From an uncultured Chitinophagaceae bacterium (GTDB lineage: Bacteria; Bacteroidota; Bacteroidia; Chitinophagales; Chitinophagaceae): DNA of 64,000 nucleotides. Location of the stretch: the NCBI GenBank assembly GCA_964555605.1, contig CAZKSY010000007.1, forward strand, positions 16,538 to 80,537, in the 5' to 3' direction. A program made the position numbers and the translations under genes. Below are positions 38,506 through 48,348 of the stretch, piece after piece (the first letter of the stretch is position 1; every line of letters begins with the position of its first letter). Under the pieces are notes generated by a model. It had not been told where the DNA came from, ran no database searches, and worked only from the letters and a program-made list of their open reading frames with translations.

Positions 38506-38672
38506 ATCAGGGTGGTTTGAGGTTCGGGGGCTGTGGTTTGAGGTAAACGCTTCGGTCGCAATCTTTCGAATAGACACCTACTTCACTGCTCAAACACCAT
38601 TCCCATACCAATTAAATAACTATTTTTATCGTACGCAACAAAAAGCCAACCAAGGCCAAAAAACAAGAAACT

Positions 38673-39716
38673 ATGTCAGGAAATAAGCTAATCCGCTGCA
38701 TGAAAGTCATATCCACGGGAGTTTTTCTGCTATTCTTTCAGTTGGTTAACGGTCAATATGATTTTGCCGCATTGGATCAATATCTGCAAAAAAACCAAAA
38801 GCAATTGGGAAATAATCTTGTAGCGTTGGTTTGGAAAGATGGTAAGATCCTCTACCAAAAAGAACTGGGTGAATTCAATGCCAAAACACAGGCTCCCATT
38901 GCAGCCAGCAGTCAGTGGCTCACTGCAGCATTGGTGATGACCTTCGTGGATCAGGGAAAACTGGATCTGGATGAGCCGGTAAATAAATACCTGCCTATTT
39001 TCAATAAATACATGAAGAGTTATATAACCCTTCGCCATTGTTTATCACATACTACCGGTATTGAAAGAGAAACGAGATTATCGTCGAAATTGCTGGATCG
39101 TAAAAAATATGAGAATCTGGAGGAAGAAGTGAATGCCATTGCAGCCAAAGAGATCTCCAATAATCCGCAGAAAGAATTTTTCTACGGTGGTTATGGTTAT
39201 GCCATTGCCGCCCGTGTATGTGAAATTGTAGCCAAGAAAAGTTTTGACCGGTTGATCCAGGAACGGATCACCCGCCCCCTGCGAATGAAGGGAACAAATT
39301 TCAGCAATGAAAGTGGCGGGGCACCCAATCCGGCGGCCGGAGCCCAGTCTACCGCCAATGACTATGTGAATTTCATGAGCATGATCCTGAACAAAGGAAT
39401 GTTTGAAGGAAAGCGTATATTAAGTGAAGCCGCCATAGCAGAAATGCATACTGCACAGTACACCGATCTACCCGTGAAATTTGCCCCGGCGGCAGTGAGC
39501 GGTTGGGGTAGTGGTTTTGGTGTATGGCTGATGGAAACCGATGAAAAAGGTAAAGCTTCCCTGGTGAGCAGCCCTGGTTTCTTCGGCTGTTTCCCCTATA
39601 TCAATCTGACTAAGAAATATGCAGCCATTCTTATATCTAAATCACTATTAAGTGAACAGAAAAAAGAAATCAGCTCCGGTTTTTATGGCATCATTGATGA
39701 AACGATCGGACAATAA
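38673..39716 (+). CDS. Beta-lactamase-fold (serine hydrolase family) secreted protein, possibly non-catalytic
   Basis: 347 aa with a signal-like N-terminus. PIAASSQWLTAALVMTFVDQGKLDLDEPVNKYLP matches the fold around the SxxK helix, but it reads SSQW. Confidence 0.7.
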   Translation: MSGNKLIRCMKVISTGVFLLFFQLVNGQYDFAALDQYLQKNQKQLGNNLVALVWKDGKILYQKELGEFNAKTQAPIAASSQWLTAALVMTFVDQGKLDLDEPVNKYLPIFNKYMKSYITLRHCLSHTTGIERETRLSSKLLDRKKYENLEEEVNAIAAKEISNNPQKEFFYGGYGYAIAARVCEIVAKKSFDRLIQERITRPLRMKGTNFSNESGGAPNPAAGAQSTANDYVNFMSMILNKGMFEGKRILSEAAIAEMHTAQYTDLPVKFAPAAVSGWGSGFGVWLMETDEKGKASLVSSPGFFGCFPYINLTKKYAAILISKSLLSEQKKEISSGFYGIIDETIGQ

Positions 39717-39717
39717 T

Positions 39718-41238
39718 TTATTTGCTGGCAGGCTGGTATTCAATAAAGTCCCATAAACGGAGTTCCTTATTGGCTCTGGGTTCCAGTATTTCCAATTGGA
39801 GCAGGTGTTTCCCCGGTTTCAGGGAATAGTTCCAGTAAATATCATGACGGCGTTCGGTAAATCCGCAGGGAAGATCAATGATCTCTTCCGCTCCTTCATC
39901 TATACGTACTTTGATCGTTAGAGAGCCGCCATTATTATTCAGATCCTTAGACTCTCCACGCAACACGATTCCGATGCCTTCGAAGGGAATATTCAACACA
40001 CGCCCCTCCCATTTAATGCCTTCGGTTTTACGTACCGGTATCATTCCGGGAAAACTCTGCTCGAGCGGTACTGGTTTTACAGATTGAATAGGAATAATAT
40101 AATTAGTACCTGATTTTTGTCCGCCCTGTTTGAGGATATTGGCAACGGCCTGCTTATATCCTACCGCATAGGTTTTATTCAACGACATACTGGTATACTT
40201 GAAAGGAATATCAGCGGCTTCCACTAATCCCTGCTTCCAATAGGCGGGAATTTTATCGTACCCTATTAAGGTTCCCAATACACCACAGGCAGTGGACGGA
40301 TTGCAGTCAGCGTCCTGACCGGCACGAGTTGCAATCTCCATGGTTTTCCCAAAATCACCATTGCCATATAATAATCCCAAAACTACATAAGCGGAATTAA
40401 TAGTTGCATCGATGTTGAAAGCAGCGAAAACACCATCGGGACAGCCCTTGTCGCTGGACCATTTTTTCTGGATCTCGTACCAATTCTGGTGCCAGTCGTT
40501 TGGATAAGCAGCATGCCAACGGATCACATCAGCAATACATTTATAGAAATTACTTTCAGCAGGGATGGCTTTCAGGGCTTTTCGAACGACCTGCTGAATA
40601 TCCTTCTCATAAAAAGCGATCGAGTACATGGTGGAAACAAACACCCCACCGTACCAACCATCTCCATAGTTCATGATATGACCAATACGATCGGAAATAG
40701 CGGCGGCAGTTTGCGGCATGCCGGGCGACATCAATCCGGCAAAATCGGCTTCTATCTGAAAATCGATATCATCGGCATGCGGATTATTTTTCCAATGGCC
40801 CGATTCCGGGGCTTTAATGCCGTGAAGTATATTGTACCGACCGGCCTGGTTGGCATGCCAAAGCATATACCCTGCATGTGCATACGCGGAAGCAAAAGAA
40901 TCTACCGGAGCGTCCAGCCCATATTTTTCGAACACCTCCACAAAAGTGAGATCCATATAAATATCATCGTATAAACCGGCATTGTGAAGCATGTTGTTAC
41001 GGATCTGATCAGGTCCCCAGGCATTCATTTTCTGGTAGTCCTGAATAAATGTGCCGTTAAATCGGAATTCGTAGGGACCGCCAAAAGTCACCCCAATGGT
41101 TTGACCGGCCCATCCCCCTTTAATTTTATCTTCCAGTACCTGCTCCGGGAGTTTCAGTGGAGGCAGTTTTTGTGCCCATAACAGGCTGTTTTGCAGCAAT
41201 GCAACTACTATAACGGCAATACAAATGCGTAATTTCAT
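39718..41238 (-). CDS. Secreted ADP-ribosylglycohydrolase-fold protein with C-terminal extra domain
   Basis: 506 aa with a signal peptide. The ARH-type motifs are GGWAGQTIGVTFGGPYEF and ATRAGQDADCNPSTACGVLGTLIGY. A further ~120-aa C-terminal region is present. Confidence 0.75.
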   Translation of the reverse strand: MKLRICIAVIVVALLQNSLLWAQKLPPLKLPEQVLEDKIKGGWAGQTIGVTFGGPYEFRFNGTFIQDYQKMNAWGPDQIRNNMLHNAGLYDDIYMDLTFVEVFEKYGLDAPVDSFASAYAHAGYMLWHANQAGRYNILHGIKAPESGHWKNNPHADDIDFQIEADFAGLMSPGMPQTAAAISDRIGHIMNYGDGWYGGVFVSTMYSIAFYEKDIQQVVRKALKAIPAESNFYKCIADVIRWHAAYPNDWHQNWYEIQKKWSSDKGCPDGVFAAFNIDATINSAYVVLGLLYGNGDFGKTMEIATRAGQDADCNPSTACGVLGTLIGYDKIPAYWKQGLVEAADIPFKYTSMSLNKTYAVGYKQAVANILKQGGQKSGTNYIIPIQSVKPVPLEQSFPGMIPVRKTEGIKWEGRVLNIPFEGIGIVLRGESKDLNNNGGSLTIKVRIDEGAEEIIDLPCGFTERRHDIYWNYSLKPGKHLLQLEILEPRANKELRLWDFIEYQPASK

Positions 41239-41249
41239 GTCGCAATTTT

Positions 41250-42596
41250 TTATACGGAATAAAAGGAACCGGAACTACTCCCTTGAAAGAATAAGGTACG
41301 CTTTTTAAACCGGGTCATATAGTTTTTCCATATCTGTCTGGCTGTTTGCACCCCCTTGCTTCCTTCGCATAATATAGAAACGGCACCGCCACTGCCGCCG
41401 CCTGTAATACGGGCCCCATAAACCCCGGATGTGGTTCCGGCCTCCCGTACCATTTCTACCAGATGGCTGGTATATTCATTGCCCAGGCCAATGGAACTAT
41501 ATCCCGCGTGGCTTTGATACATCAATTCACCAAGTTGCTTCAGGCACTCCTGTTTTTGGGCCGATCGGCGATAGCCCGTCAACAATTGCTGGAATAATCC
41601 TATTCTGAAATGCTCCTCTACCGGGTGGCTACCGCAGGCGCGGATGGCATAGGTACGATGTGGATCAATACTGGTTACTTTATCGATCGAATACCGATAG
41701 GTTTGCAGGAATTCAGCTCCTGTGATGGATTCAGGCAAATGGCAGAGATACTTTTCCCTGAAAACAGACAATGGAATATTTGCTAAAAACCCATTATAGG
41801 GCAAGGTTGAAAAATCACCACTACTGGCAGCCTGCTTTAAATCGTCTACAGCAGCCCCAGCCTGCAGGGCAATCATAGAATAGGCCATAAATGCCGCTGT
41901 TCGAACCTCGCCGTAAGAGGCGCCGCTCACCGCATGACGGATGCCGCTATCTATTGCCGTAAAGCTGATACCGGCCGGAATTGATAGCGCAGGAAAGACA
42001 GTGTGTGGTTGACATTGAAGCGGGAGTAAACGATTCTTTTGTCCCAGGTAGGTACTGAGCTGATCCATCAATCCGCAGGGCGCTCCCACCATTTCGTTTT
42101 CGGCTTTTTGTGCTAATAACGGCAACTCAGTTTCGGTAAGTGATAAATTGTATAATTGCTGCAAGGCTTTCATTACCGCCACTTCTAATGCTGCGGAGGA
42201 GGAAACCCCTTTCCCCTCCGGCACAGCGGAACGAACGGAAATATGCAAGCCTTCCAAGGGCGTATTTTTATGCAGATGCAGGATCAGGATACAGCCCATA
42301 ACATAGATGGCCCAGTTCCCTTCTTCATTTTTCCGGATCAGTGAAGGCCAATCCTGCGGTTTGGAATTTTTCAAGACACTGATATCCATGTCAAACTCCC
42401 GATATCTTTTCTCCGATCCGGTGCGGATACGTATAACTGCTTCCCCACTCTTTTGAATGCTCACCAGGGTGCGCTGTTTAATAGGCATCTGCAACAACAG
42501 TGAGCCACTGTAATCGGCGATACCACCCATCACATCCAATCTGCCCGGAGCGCTGGCTGTAACTAGTGGCTTGTCGGCTATAAAAAATGCATTCAT
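41250..42596 (-). CDS. GHMP-family sugar-1-kinase, L-arabinokinase-like
   Basis: 448 aa. APGRLDVMGGIADYSGSLLLQMPI replaces the GalK GRVNLIGEHTDY motif. The GHMP motif II is PEGKGVSSSAALEVA. Its ATG overlaps the galT stop (ATGA). Confidence 0.8.
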   Translation of the reverse strand: MNAFFIADKPLVTASAPGRLDVMGGIADYSGSLLLQMPIKQRTLVSIQKSGEAVIRIRTGSEKRYREFDMDISVLKNSKPQDWPSLIRKNEEGNWAIYVMGCILILHLHKNTPLEGLHISVRSAVPEGKGVSSSAALEVAVMKALQQLYNLSLTETELPLLAQKAENEMVGAPCGLMDQLSTYLGQKNRLLPLQCQPHTVFPALSIPAGISFTAIDSGIRHAVSGASYGEVRTAAFMAYSMIALQAGAAVDDLKQAASSGDFSTLPYNGFLANIPLSVFREKYLCHLPESITGAEFLQTYRYSIDKVTSIDPHRTYAIRACGSHPVEEHFRIGLFQQLLTGYRRSAQKQECLKQLGELMYQSHAGYSSIGLGNEYTSHLVEMVREAGTTSGVYGARITGGGSGGAVSILCEGSKGVQTARQIWKNYMTRFKKRTLFFQGSSSGSFYSV

Positions 42597-43621
42597 AGAT
42601 TGATCTTTCTGAGTTCAGCAGCTTTTTCTTCCGGAATCGTATCGGCCATAAAAGTATCAGCGCCTGTTTCAGGTCCGGCCAGAAATTTCTGCAATCCGGG
42701 CTGACGATACGGCGGACAAATATTAAGATGCAGGTGGTATTCAGGATAATCATTTCCATCAACAGGAGCCTGATCAAACGCTAATATATAAGGGAAGGAA
42801 GATTGAAAGTTCGCATCAAATTTTCTGGTGATGGTTTGAAATACAGCAGCCAATCCATATAATTCTTCATCGCTCATGGTGATCAGCGTGGCATGTCTTT
42901 TTTTAGGGAACACATAGGTTTCATAGGCAAATCGAGCAAAAAATGGAATGAAGCCAATGGCATGTTCATTTTCAGCAATGATGCGCAACCCATCCCGTTG
43001 TTCTGCGGCAATGATAGCTGCGAATAAATTGCTTCCTGTTTCATTGCGGTATGCCTCCACAGCTTCCATTTCCCGTTTTACATTATTGAACGTAAAATCG
43101 GTGGCATATATCTGACAATGCGGATGGGGATTGGAAACGCCTACCACTTCGCCCTTATTTTCAAATATCAGAACTGCTTTAATAGCAGGATGGGCAGCAA
43201 AAAAGACCATTTCATCACGTAGGGCGCGAAATACTTTGGCCACCTGTTCGGTACTCACATCATTCAGGGTAACATTATGCCGGGGATCATAACACACCAC
43301 TTTGGCAATACCTGTGGCCGATTGCTTCCGATAAAGTCCTGTCTGAAATTCTTCCGGAATAACCGGTGCCTGCAGCCCTACGACCGGATGATCGTTTTCA
43401 AAAATGAAGACATCATACGGATCGGGGTTTCGTTTGCCGCTGATACGGGCATTACCCGGACAAAGATAACAGCCCGGGTCAAACGCTGGTGCTGTAGTGC
43501 TGCTGTTTTTTATCTCAAAATTCCAGGGGCGGTTATTCCGATGTGCGGCATATACCACCCATTCCCGGCGAAGCGGATGCCATCTTTTCTCCCATTGCCC
43601 GTAAGGCACCTGATGCTCCAT
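42593..43621 (-). CDS. galT: Galactose-1-phosphate uridylyltransferase-type (HIT/HPH) nucleotidyltransferase
   Basis: 342 aa with zinc site CYLCPGN and active site SNPHPHCQIYA. Confidence 0.85.
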   Translation of the reverse strand: MEHQVPYGQWEKRWHPLRREWVVYAAHRNNRPWNFEIKNSSTTAPAFDPGCYLCPGNARISGKRNPDPYDVFIFENDHPVVGLQAPVIPEEFQTGLYRKQSATGIAKVVCYDPRHNVTLNDVSTEQVAKVFRALRDEMVFFAAHPAIKAVLIFENKGEVVGVSNPHPHCQIYATDFTFNNVKREMEAVEAYRNETGSNLFAAIIAAEQRDGLRIIAENEHAIGFIPFFARFAYETYVFPKKRHATLITMSDEELYGLAAVFQTITRKFDANFQSSFPYILAFDQAPVDGNDYPEYHLHLNICPPYRQPGLQKFLAGPETGADTFMADTIPEEKAAELRKINL

Positions 43622-43625
43622 AGTA

Positions 43626-45344
43626 TTATTTATTACCGTATTTAATTTTTCCAGCCACCATGGTAAACACCACTTTTGTTTGCTTTATCTCCTCTTCTTT
43701 ACATTTAATAAGGTCGGTATTCAACAAAACCAGATCGGCATATTTACCAGGCTCAATACTCCCCTTTTCTTTTTCCTGAAAAGCGGCATAGGCATTGGCC
43801 ATTGTGTAAGAATAAAGCGCTTCCTGTCGGGTCATGCACTGATCGGGGTAAAAGGCTTTGCCATCAGCCATTTTACGGGTTACCGCTGCATAATAACAGG
43901 TAAAAGGATCAATGCGCTCCACCGGTACATCTGTACCGTTGGTCACTACTACCCCTTCTTTCAAAAAGGCTTTCCACATATAGGCACCATTGGCCGCACG
44001 TTCGTCACCCAGTCGTTTGGGAACAAAGGGCGCATCACTGGTGCAATGCACCGACTGCATGGAAGCGATTATGTCAAATTCTTTGAAACGCGGAATATCA
44101 GCCGGATTAACATGCTGGGCATGTTCAATTCTCCAGCGATGGTCTTTCGCCTTTTTATTCTTATTGCTCTCTGTGGCATAAATGTCCAATGTTTCACGAT
44201 TGGCCCGGTCGCCGATCGCATGAACGCATAATTGCAGGTCGTTGTCCCAGCAAAGTGTTGCGATCGCTTTCAACGAATCAATGGAGAATGTATTTAATCC
44301 TGTCCAGCCCTTCCGATCGGTGTAAGGTTCCAGCAACCAGGCGCCATAAGAACCTAACGCACCATCCAGCGAAACTTTCACGGCTTTCACGGTAAGGAAG
44401 CCGTTACCGGCATTCACTACCGGAAACTGCTGTAAATTCTCCTTTAAGTTTTGAAGACTTTCCCTGACCATCAGCCAATGGCGGACATTAAATTTTCCCT
44501 GTGCCGCCAGTTCTTTCATCCAGGCCACCTGTTGCATAGAGGAGCCGGCATCCTGAAAACTGGTGATCCCATTTTTAAGACACTCCTCTTCGGCTAATTG
44601 AATACTTTCCTGCCAGCGTTTTTTTCGCTCCGCTTCCGGAATTTGTGATTCCCATTTCTCATATGCCTCCCACACCAGGTTCTGGGCTTTTTCCTCTAAT
44701 ACCCCTACCAAATTCCCTTTGGCATCTTTAACGATCGATCCACCGCTGGGAGAAGGGGTTTGTTTATTGATACCGGCTGCTTCATACGCTTTGCTATTGG
44801 CATATATACTATGTCCGCTGGCATGCGACAATAACACCGGATTTTGCGGTGCTACAGAATCAAGTGAAAGCTGATAAGGATAACCCAGAAAATTCGGTTG
44901 CGGGGCATGATCCCATTTTTCCTGATGCCATCCACGCCCTACGATCCAATCTCCAGGTTTTGCCTTACTCACTGCTTCTTTCACCAACTGAACAGCTTCT
45001 TCCCAGTTTTTCACTTTCATCAGGTCGAGATTAATGAGAGAAGCACCAAGACCATGTATGTGACCATGCCCTTCTATAAATCCGGGCATGAGGAATTGTC
45101 CTTTGGCATCGATGATCTCGGTATTGGCGCCTTTCCATTTTTCCAGATCCTGCAACCTGCCTACAGCCAGAATTTTGCCGTCGCGTATCGCCACCGCTTC
45201 TGCTACCGATTGTGCGGTATCTACCGTATACACCACAGCGTTAATAATGAGGCTATCGGCTTTGGGCTCATTCGATGTGGAACAAGCCGCGAAAAAGATC
45301 AGGGATAGTGTAACCATCCCTGATTGTTTGATTTTTTTAAACAT
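43626..45344 (-). CDS. Amidohydrolase-3 (YtcJ-like) metal-dependent hydrolase lipoprotein
   Basis: Start MFKKIKQSGMVTLSLIFFAAC (lipobox) at 45344, with the HxH metal motif FIEGHGHIHG. Confidence 0.8.
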   Translation of the reverse strand: MFKKIKQSGMVTLSLIFFAACSTSNEPKADSLIINAVVYTVDTAQSVAEAVAIRDGKILAVGRLQDLEKWKGANTEIIDAKGQFLMPGFIEGHGHIHGLGASLINLDLMKVKNWEEAVQLVKEAVSKAKPGDWIVGRGWHQEKWDHAPQPNFLGYPYQLSLDSVAPQNPVLLSHASGHSIYANSKAYEAAGINKQTPSPSGGSIVKDAKGNLVGVLEEKAQNLVWEAYEKWESQIPEAERKKRWQESIQLAEEECLKNGITSFQDAGSSMQQVAWMKELAAQGKFNVRHWLMVRESLQNLKENLQQFPVVNAGNGFLTVKAVKVSLDGALGSYGAWLLEPYTDRKGWTGLNTFSIDSLKAIATLCWDNDLQLCVHAIGDRANRETLDIYATESNKNKKAKDHRWRIEHAQHVNPADIPRFKEFDIIASMQSVHCTSDAPFVPKRLGDERAANGAYMWKAFLKEGVVVTNGTDVPVERIDPFTCYYAAVTRKMADGKAFYPDQCMTRQEALYSYTMANAYAAFQEKEKGSIEPGKYADLVLLNTDLIKCKEEEIKQTKVVFTMVAGKIKYGNK

Positions 45345-45366
45345 AGTTATCTGCATTGGGGAATGA

Positions 45367-46695
45367 TCAGATATATTGATTGATAATATTCTCGAGCCAT
45401 TCCTGTTTACCACTGGTTTGCTTCGGCTCGCCGTGATTCAGTGCAAATTCACGTAAGTCTGCCAGTTGCAATTTTCCTTCTTCGAAGGCTTTACCCGTAC
45501 CACTATCGAAGGAAGCATAGCGGTCTTTTCTGAATTTGCTATACGGTGACTGCTGCAATACTGCATCGGCAATCACGAGCGAACGCGCAAAGGCATCCAT
45601 TCCACCAATATGCGCATGGAAGATATCTTCCAGATCAGTAGAATTTCGTCTTGTCTTGGCATCAAAGTTCACCCCGCCTCCTGCGAAACCACCTGCTTCC
45701 AGTATGATCAACATACTTTCCGTAAGTTCATTCAGGTTCATAGGGAACTGATCCGTATCCCAGCCATTCTGCGAATCGCCCCGGTTGGCGTCTATACTTC
45801 CCAACATACCGGCATCAGCCGCAACCTGCAATTCATGCTGGAAGGTATGACCGGCCAGTGTTGCATGATTCACTTCAATATTTAATTTGAAATCTTTATC
45901 CAATCCGTACTGACGCAGAAATCCGATCACGGTTGCAGCATCATAGTCGTACTGATGTTTTGTAGGTTCACAGGGCTTTGGTTCAATAAAGAAAACGCCC
46001 TTGAAACCCTGGCTGCGCGCATAATCGCGGGCCATGGTGAGAAAACGTCCTAAATGATCAAGCTCCCGTTTCATATTTGTATTCAGCAATGTCATATAGC
46101 CTTCCCGACCACCCCAGAATACATAATTTTCGCCACCGAGTGCAATGGTTGCATCCAGTGCATTCTTTACCTGGGTACCGGCATAGGCCAGGGCCGCAAA
46201 ATCGGGATTGGTGGAAGCACCATTCATATAGCGGGGATTTGAAAATACATTGGCTGTACCCCACAACAATTTTATACCGCTTGCTTTTTGTTTTTGCCCG
46301 GCATATTCCACAATGGTGCGCAATCTGGACTCATATTCCGGAATAGAAGATCCTTCATCCACCAGATCCACATCATGGAAGCAATAATAAGGCACGCCGA
46401 GTTTTGACATGAATTCAAATGCGGCATCCATTTTGTCCTTGGCACGTCCCACAGCATCGGCCTGTGCACCCCAGGCAAAAGCTTTGGTTCCGGGACCGAA
46501 AGGATCGCTACCGGTATTACAGAAGGTATGCCAGTAACAAACAGCATAGCGCAAATATTCTTTCATGGTTTTGCCGGCCACCACACGGTTTTCGTCGTAC
46601 CATTTAAATGCAAGAGGGTTATCGCTTTTTGGTCCTTCATAAGCGATCTTTCCAATGCCTTTGAAATACTCAGTAGTTCCTAATGTAATGCTCAT
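45367..46695 (-). CDS. xylA: Xylose isomerase
   Basis: 442 aa from [22 protein letters not shown], with FWGGREGY and [16 protein letters not shown] signatures. The 130-codon upstream extension of the ORF overlaps xylB and was discarded. Confidence 0.95.
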   Translation of the reverse strand: MSITLGTTEYFKGIGKIAYEGPKSDNPLAFKWYDENRVVAGKTMKEYLRYAVCYWHTFCNTGSDPFGPGTKAFAWGAQADAVGRAKDKMDAAFEFMSKLGVPYYCFHDVDLVDEGSSIPEYESRLRTIVEYAGQKQKASGIKLLWGTANVFSNPRYMNGASTNPDFAALAYAGTQVKNALDATIALGGENYVFWGGREGYMTLLNTNMKRELDHLGRFLTMARDYARSQGFKGVFFIEPKPCEPTKHQYDYDAATVIGFLRQYGLDKDFKLNIEVNHATLAGHTFQHELQVAADAGMLGSIDANRGDSQNGWDTDQFPMNLNELTESMLIILEAGGFAGGGVNFDAKTRRNSTDLEDIFHAHIGGMDAFARSLVIADAVLQQSPYSKFRKDRYASFDSGTGKAFEEGKLQLADLREFALNHGEPKQTSGKQEWLENIINQYI

Positions 46696-46714
46696 ATAAC
46701 AGTTTATTTTATTT

Positions 46715-48190
46715 TTAAGATGAAAGTCCGTTTTTCCAATTGGCATAAAGCTCCATGTATTGTTGCCGTCTGGTTGCATTCGGTTCCACCTGCTGCAATA
46801 CCTGCATGCCGCGAAAACAGTCTGCGCGATTGGTGAAAATACCCGCCCCCCATCCAGCGGCACGTGCCGCTCCCAATGAGCCATCAGTATTATACAACTC
46901 CAACACAGATCCGGTAGAATCCGCGAAGGTTTGGGAAAACACCGGGCTAAGGAACATATTCGCATATCCGGCCCTGACAGTTCCGGCCGGCATCCCCATC
47001 TGCTGCATGATCTCCATGCCATATTGCAAGGACCATACGATCCCTTCCTGAGCGGCACGCGCAAGATGGGCATTGGTATGCACATTGAATTGCAGGTTTT
47101 TTACCGCGGCTCCCGGGGAACGGTTTTCCAACACCCGTTCTGCTCCATTTCCGAAAGGATACAATAGCAAGCCATCTGATCCAACAGGAATTTGAGCGGC
47201 CAATGCATTGATCTCGTTATAAGAAGATTTCGCAAATACCTGATTCCGCAACCAGCTATTAAGAATACCGGTACCGTTTATGCAAAGAAGGATGCCTATA
47301 CGGGGTTGATTTTTTGTATGATTTACATGCGCAAAGCTATTTACCCTGGAAGCCGGATCAAAACTGATCTTATCTGAAACACCGTAAACCACACCGGAGG
47401 TTCCGGCAGTAGCCGCCATTTCACCGGGTTCCATCACATTTAAAGAAAAGGCATTATTCGGTTGGTCCCCGGCTTTATAGGTTACCGGAATGCCTTCCGG
47501 CAAGCCAAGTTGCCGGGCCATACGATGGGTAACCTTTCCATGTTCCGAGAACACGGGCTGTACCGGAGGGATAAGCGATGCATCGAATCCAAAAACACTT
47601 AAAATGGAATCTGAAATTTGATCTGCTTCAAAATCCCATAATACGCCTTCGCTCAAGGCTGATGGGCTGGTGGTAATGGTTCCGGTGAGTTTCATGCTGA
47701 TGAAATCACCAGGCAACATGATCTTATCAATCTTCTCGTAAAGGGCAGGTTCATTTTCTTTCACCCAGGCCAGTTTGGCTGCAGTAAAATTGCCCGGGCT
47801 GTTCAGGTGATGGGCCAAACATTTTTCAGGACCCATAGCGTGAAATGCTTTTTCCCCATAAGGAATGGCACGGCTATCACACCAGATGATACTGTTTCGT
47901 AATGGTTCCTGATTTTTATCTACACATACCAACCCGTGCATTTGATACGAAATACCAATTGCCTTTATGGAGGAAGCGGCTGTTTTGTTTTGCGAAAGTA
48001 CCCGCTCAATGGCCAGGCAGGTGAATTGCCACCAGCTTTCAGGAGATTGCTCGGCCCATCCCGTCTGAAGGGAATGAATAGGGGCTTCCTGATCAGGGTA
48101 TTGGGCGGAAGCCACGCATAAGCCGGAATTCACTTCAAGAAGAGACGCTTTAATAGAGGATGTGCCTACATCCAGCCCCAATAATAACAT
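46715..48190 (-). CDS. xylB: Xylulokinase (FGGY carbohydrate kinase)
   Basis: 491 aa with [15 protein letters not shown] and FGNGAER, located adjacent to xylA. Confidence 0.9.
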   Translation of the reverse strand: MLLLGLDVGTSSIKASLLEVNSGLCVASAQYPDQEAPIHSLQTGWAEQSPESWWQFTCLAIERVLSQNKTAASSIKAIGISYQMHGLVCVDKNQEPLRNSIIWCDSRAIPYGEKAFHAMGPEKCLAHHLNSPGNFTAAKLAWVKENEPALYEKIDKIMLPGDFISMKLTGTITTSPSALSEGVLWDFEADQISDSILSVFGFDASLIPPVQPVFSEHGKVTHRMARQLGLPEGIPVTYKAGDQPNNAFSLNVMEPGEMAATAGTSGVVYGVSDKISFDPASRVNSFAHVNHTKNQPRIGILLCINGTGILNSWLRNQVFAKSSYNEINALAAQIPVGSDGLLLYPFGNGAERVLENRSPGAAVKNLQFNVHTNAHLARAAQEGIVWSLQYGMEIMQQMGMPAGTVRAGYANMFLSPVFSQTFADSTGSVLELYNTDGSLGAARAAGWGAGIFTNRADCFRGMQVLQQVEPNATRRQQYMELYANWKNGLSS

Positions 48191-48348
48191 ATGGCAATGT
48201 ATTGAAGAAAATGCTATAAAATGACCACCGAATTTAATTCAATCAATCCAATAGCCCATGGAGTTTTATTCCCATTTTCAAATTAATCCACAAACGTTCG
48301 CAGCAGGTTGCGGTGCTGTTCTGTAAATTGTGGTTCTAATACATCTCA

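Noticed and set aside
38506-38577. 24-codon N-terminal extension of clpB
   Set aside because: The Clp_N domain starts at [15 protein letters not shown]. The extension is translated from a direct repeat in the leader (TSNHS/TSNHP).
46696-47085. 130-codon N-terminal extension of the xylA ORF
   Set aside because: The extension overlaps the 3' end of xylB in another frame and has junk-like composition. Canonical XylA begins at [13 protein letters not shown] (46695), giving the expected ~440 aa.
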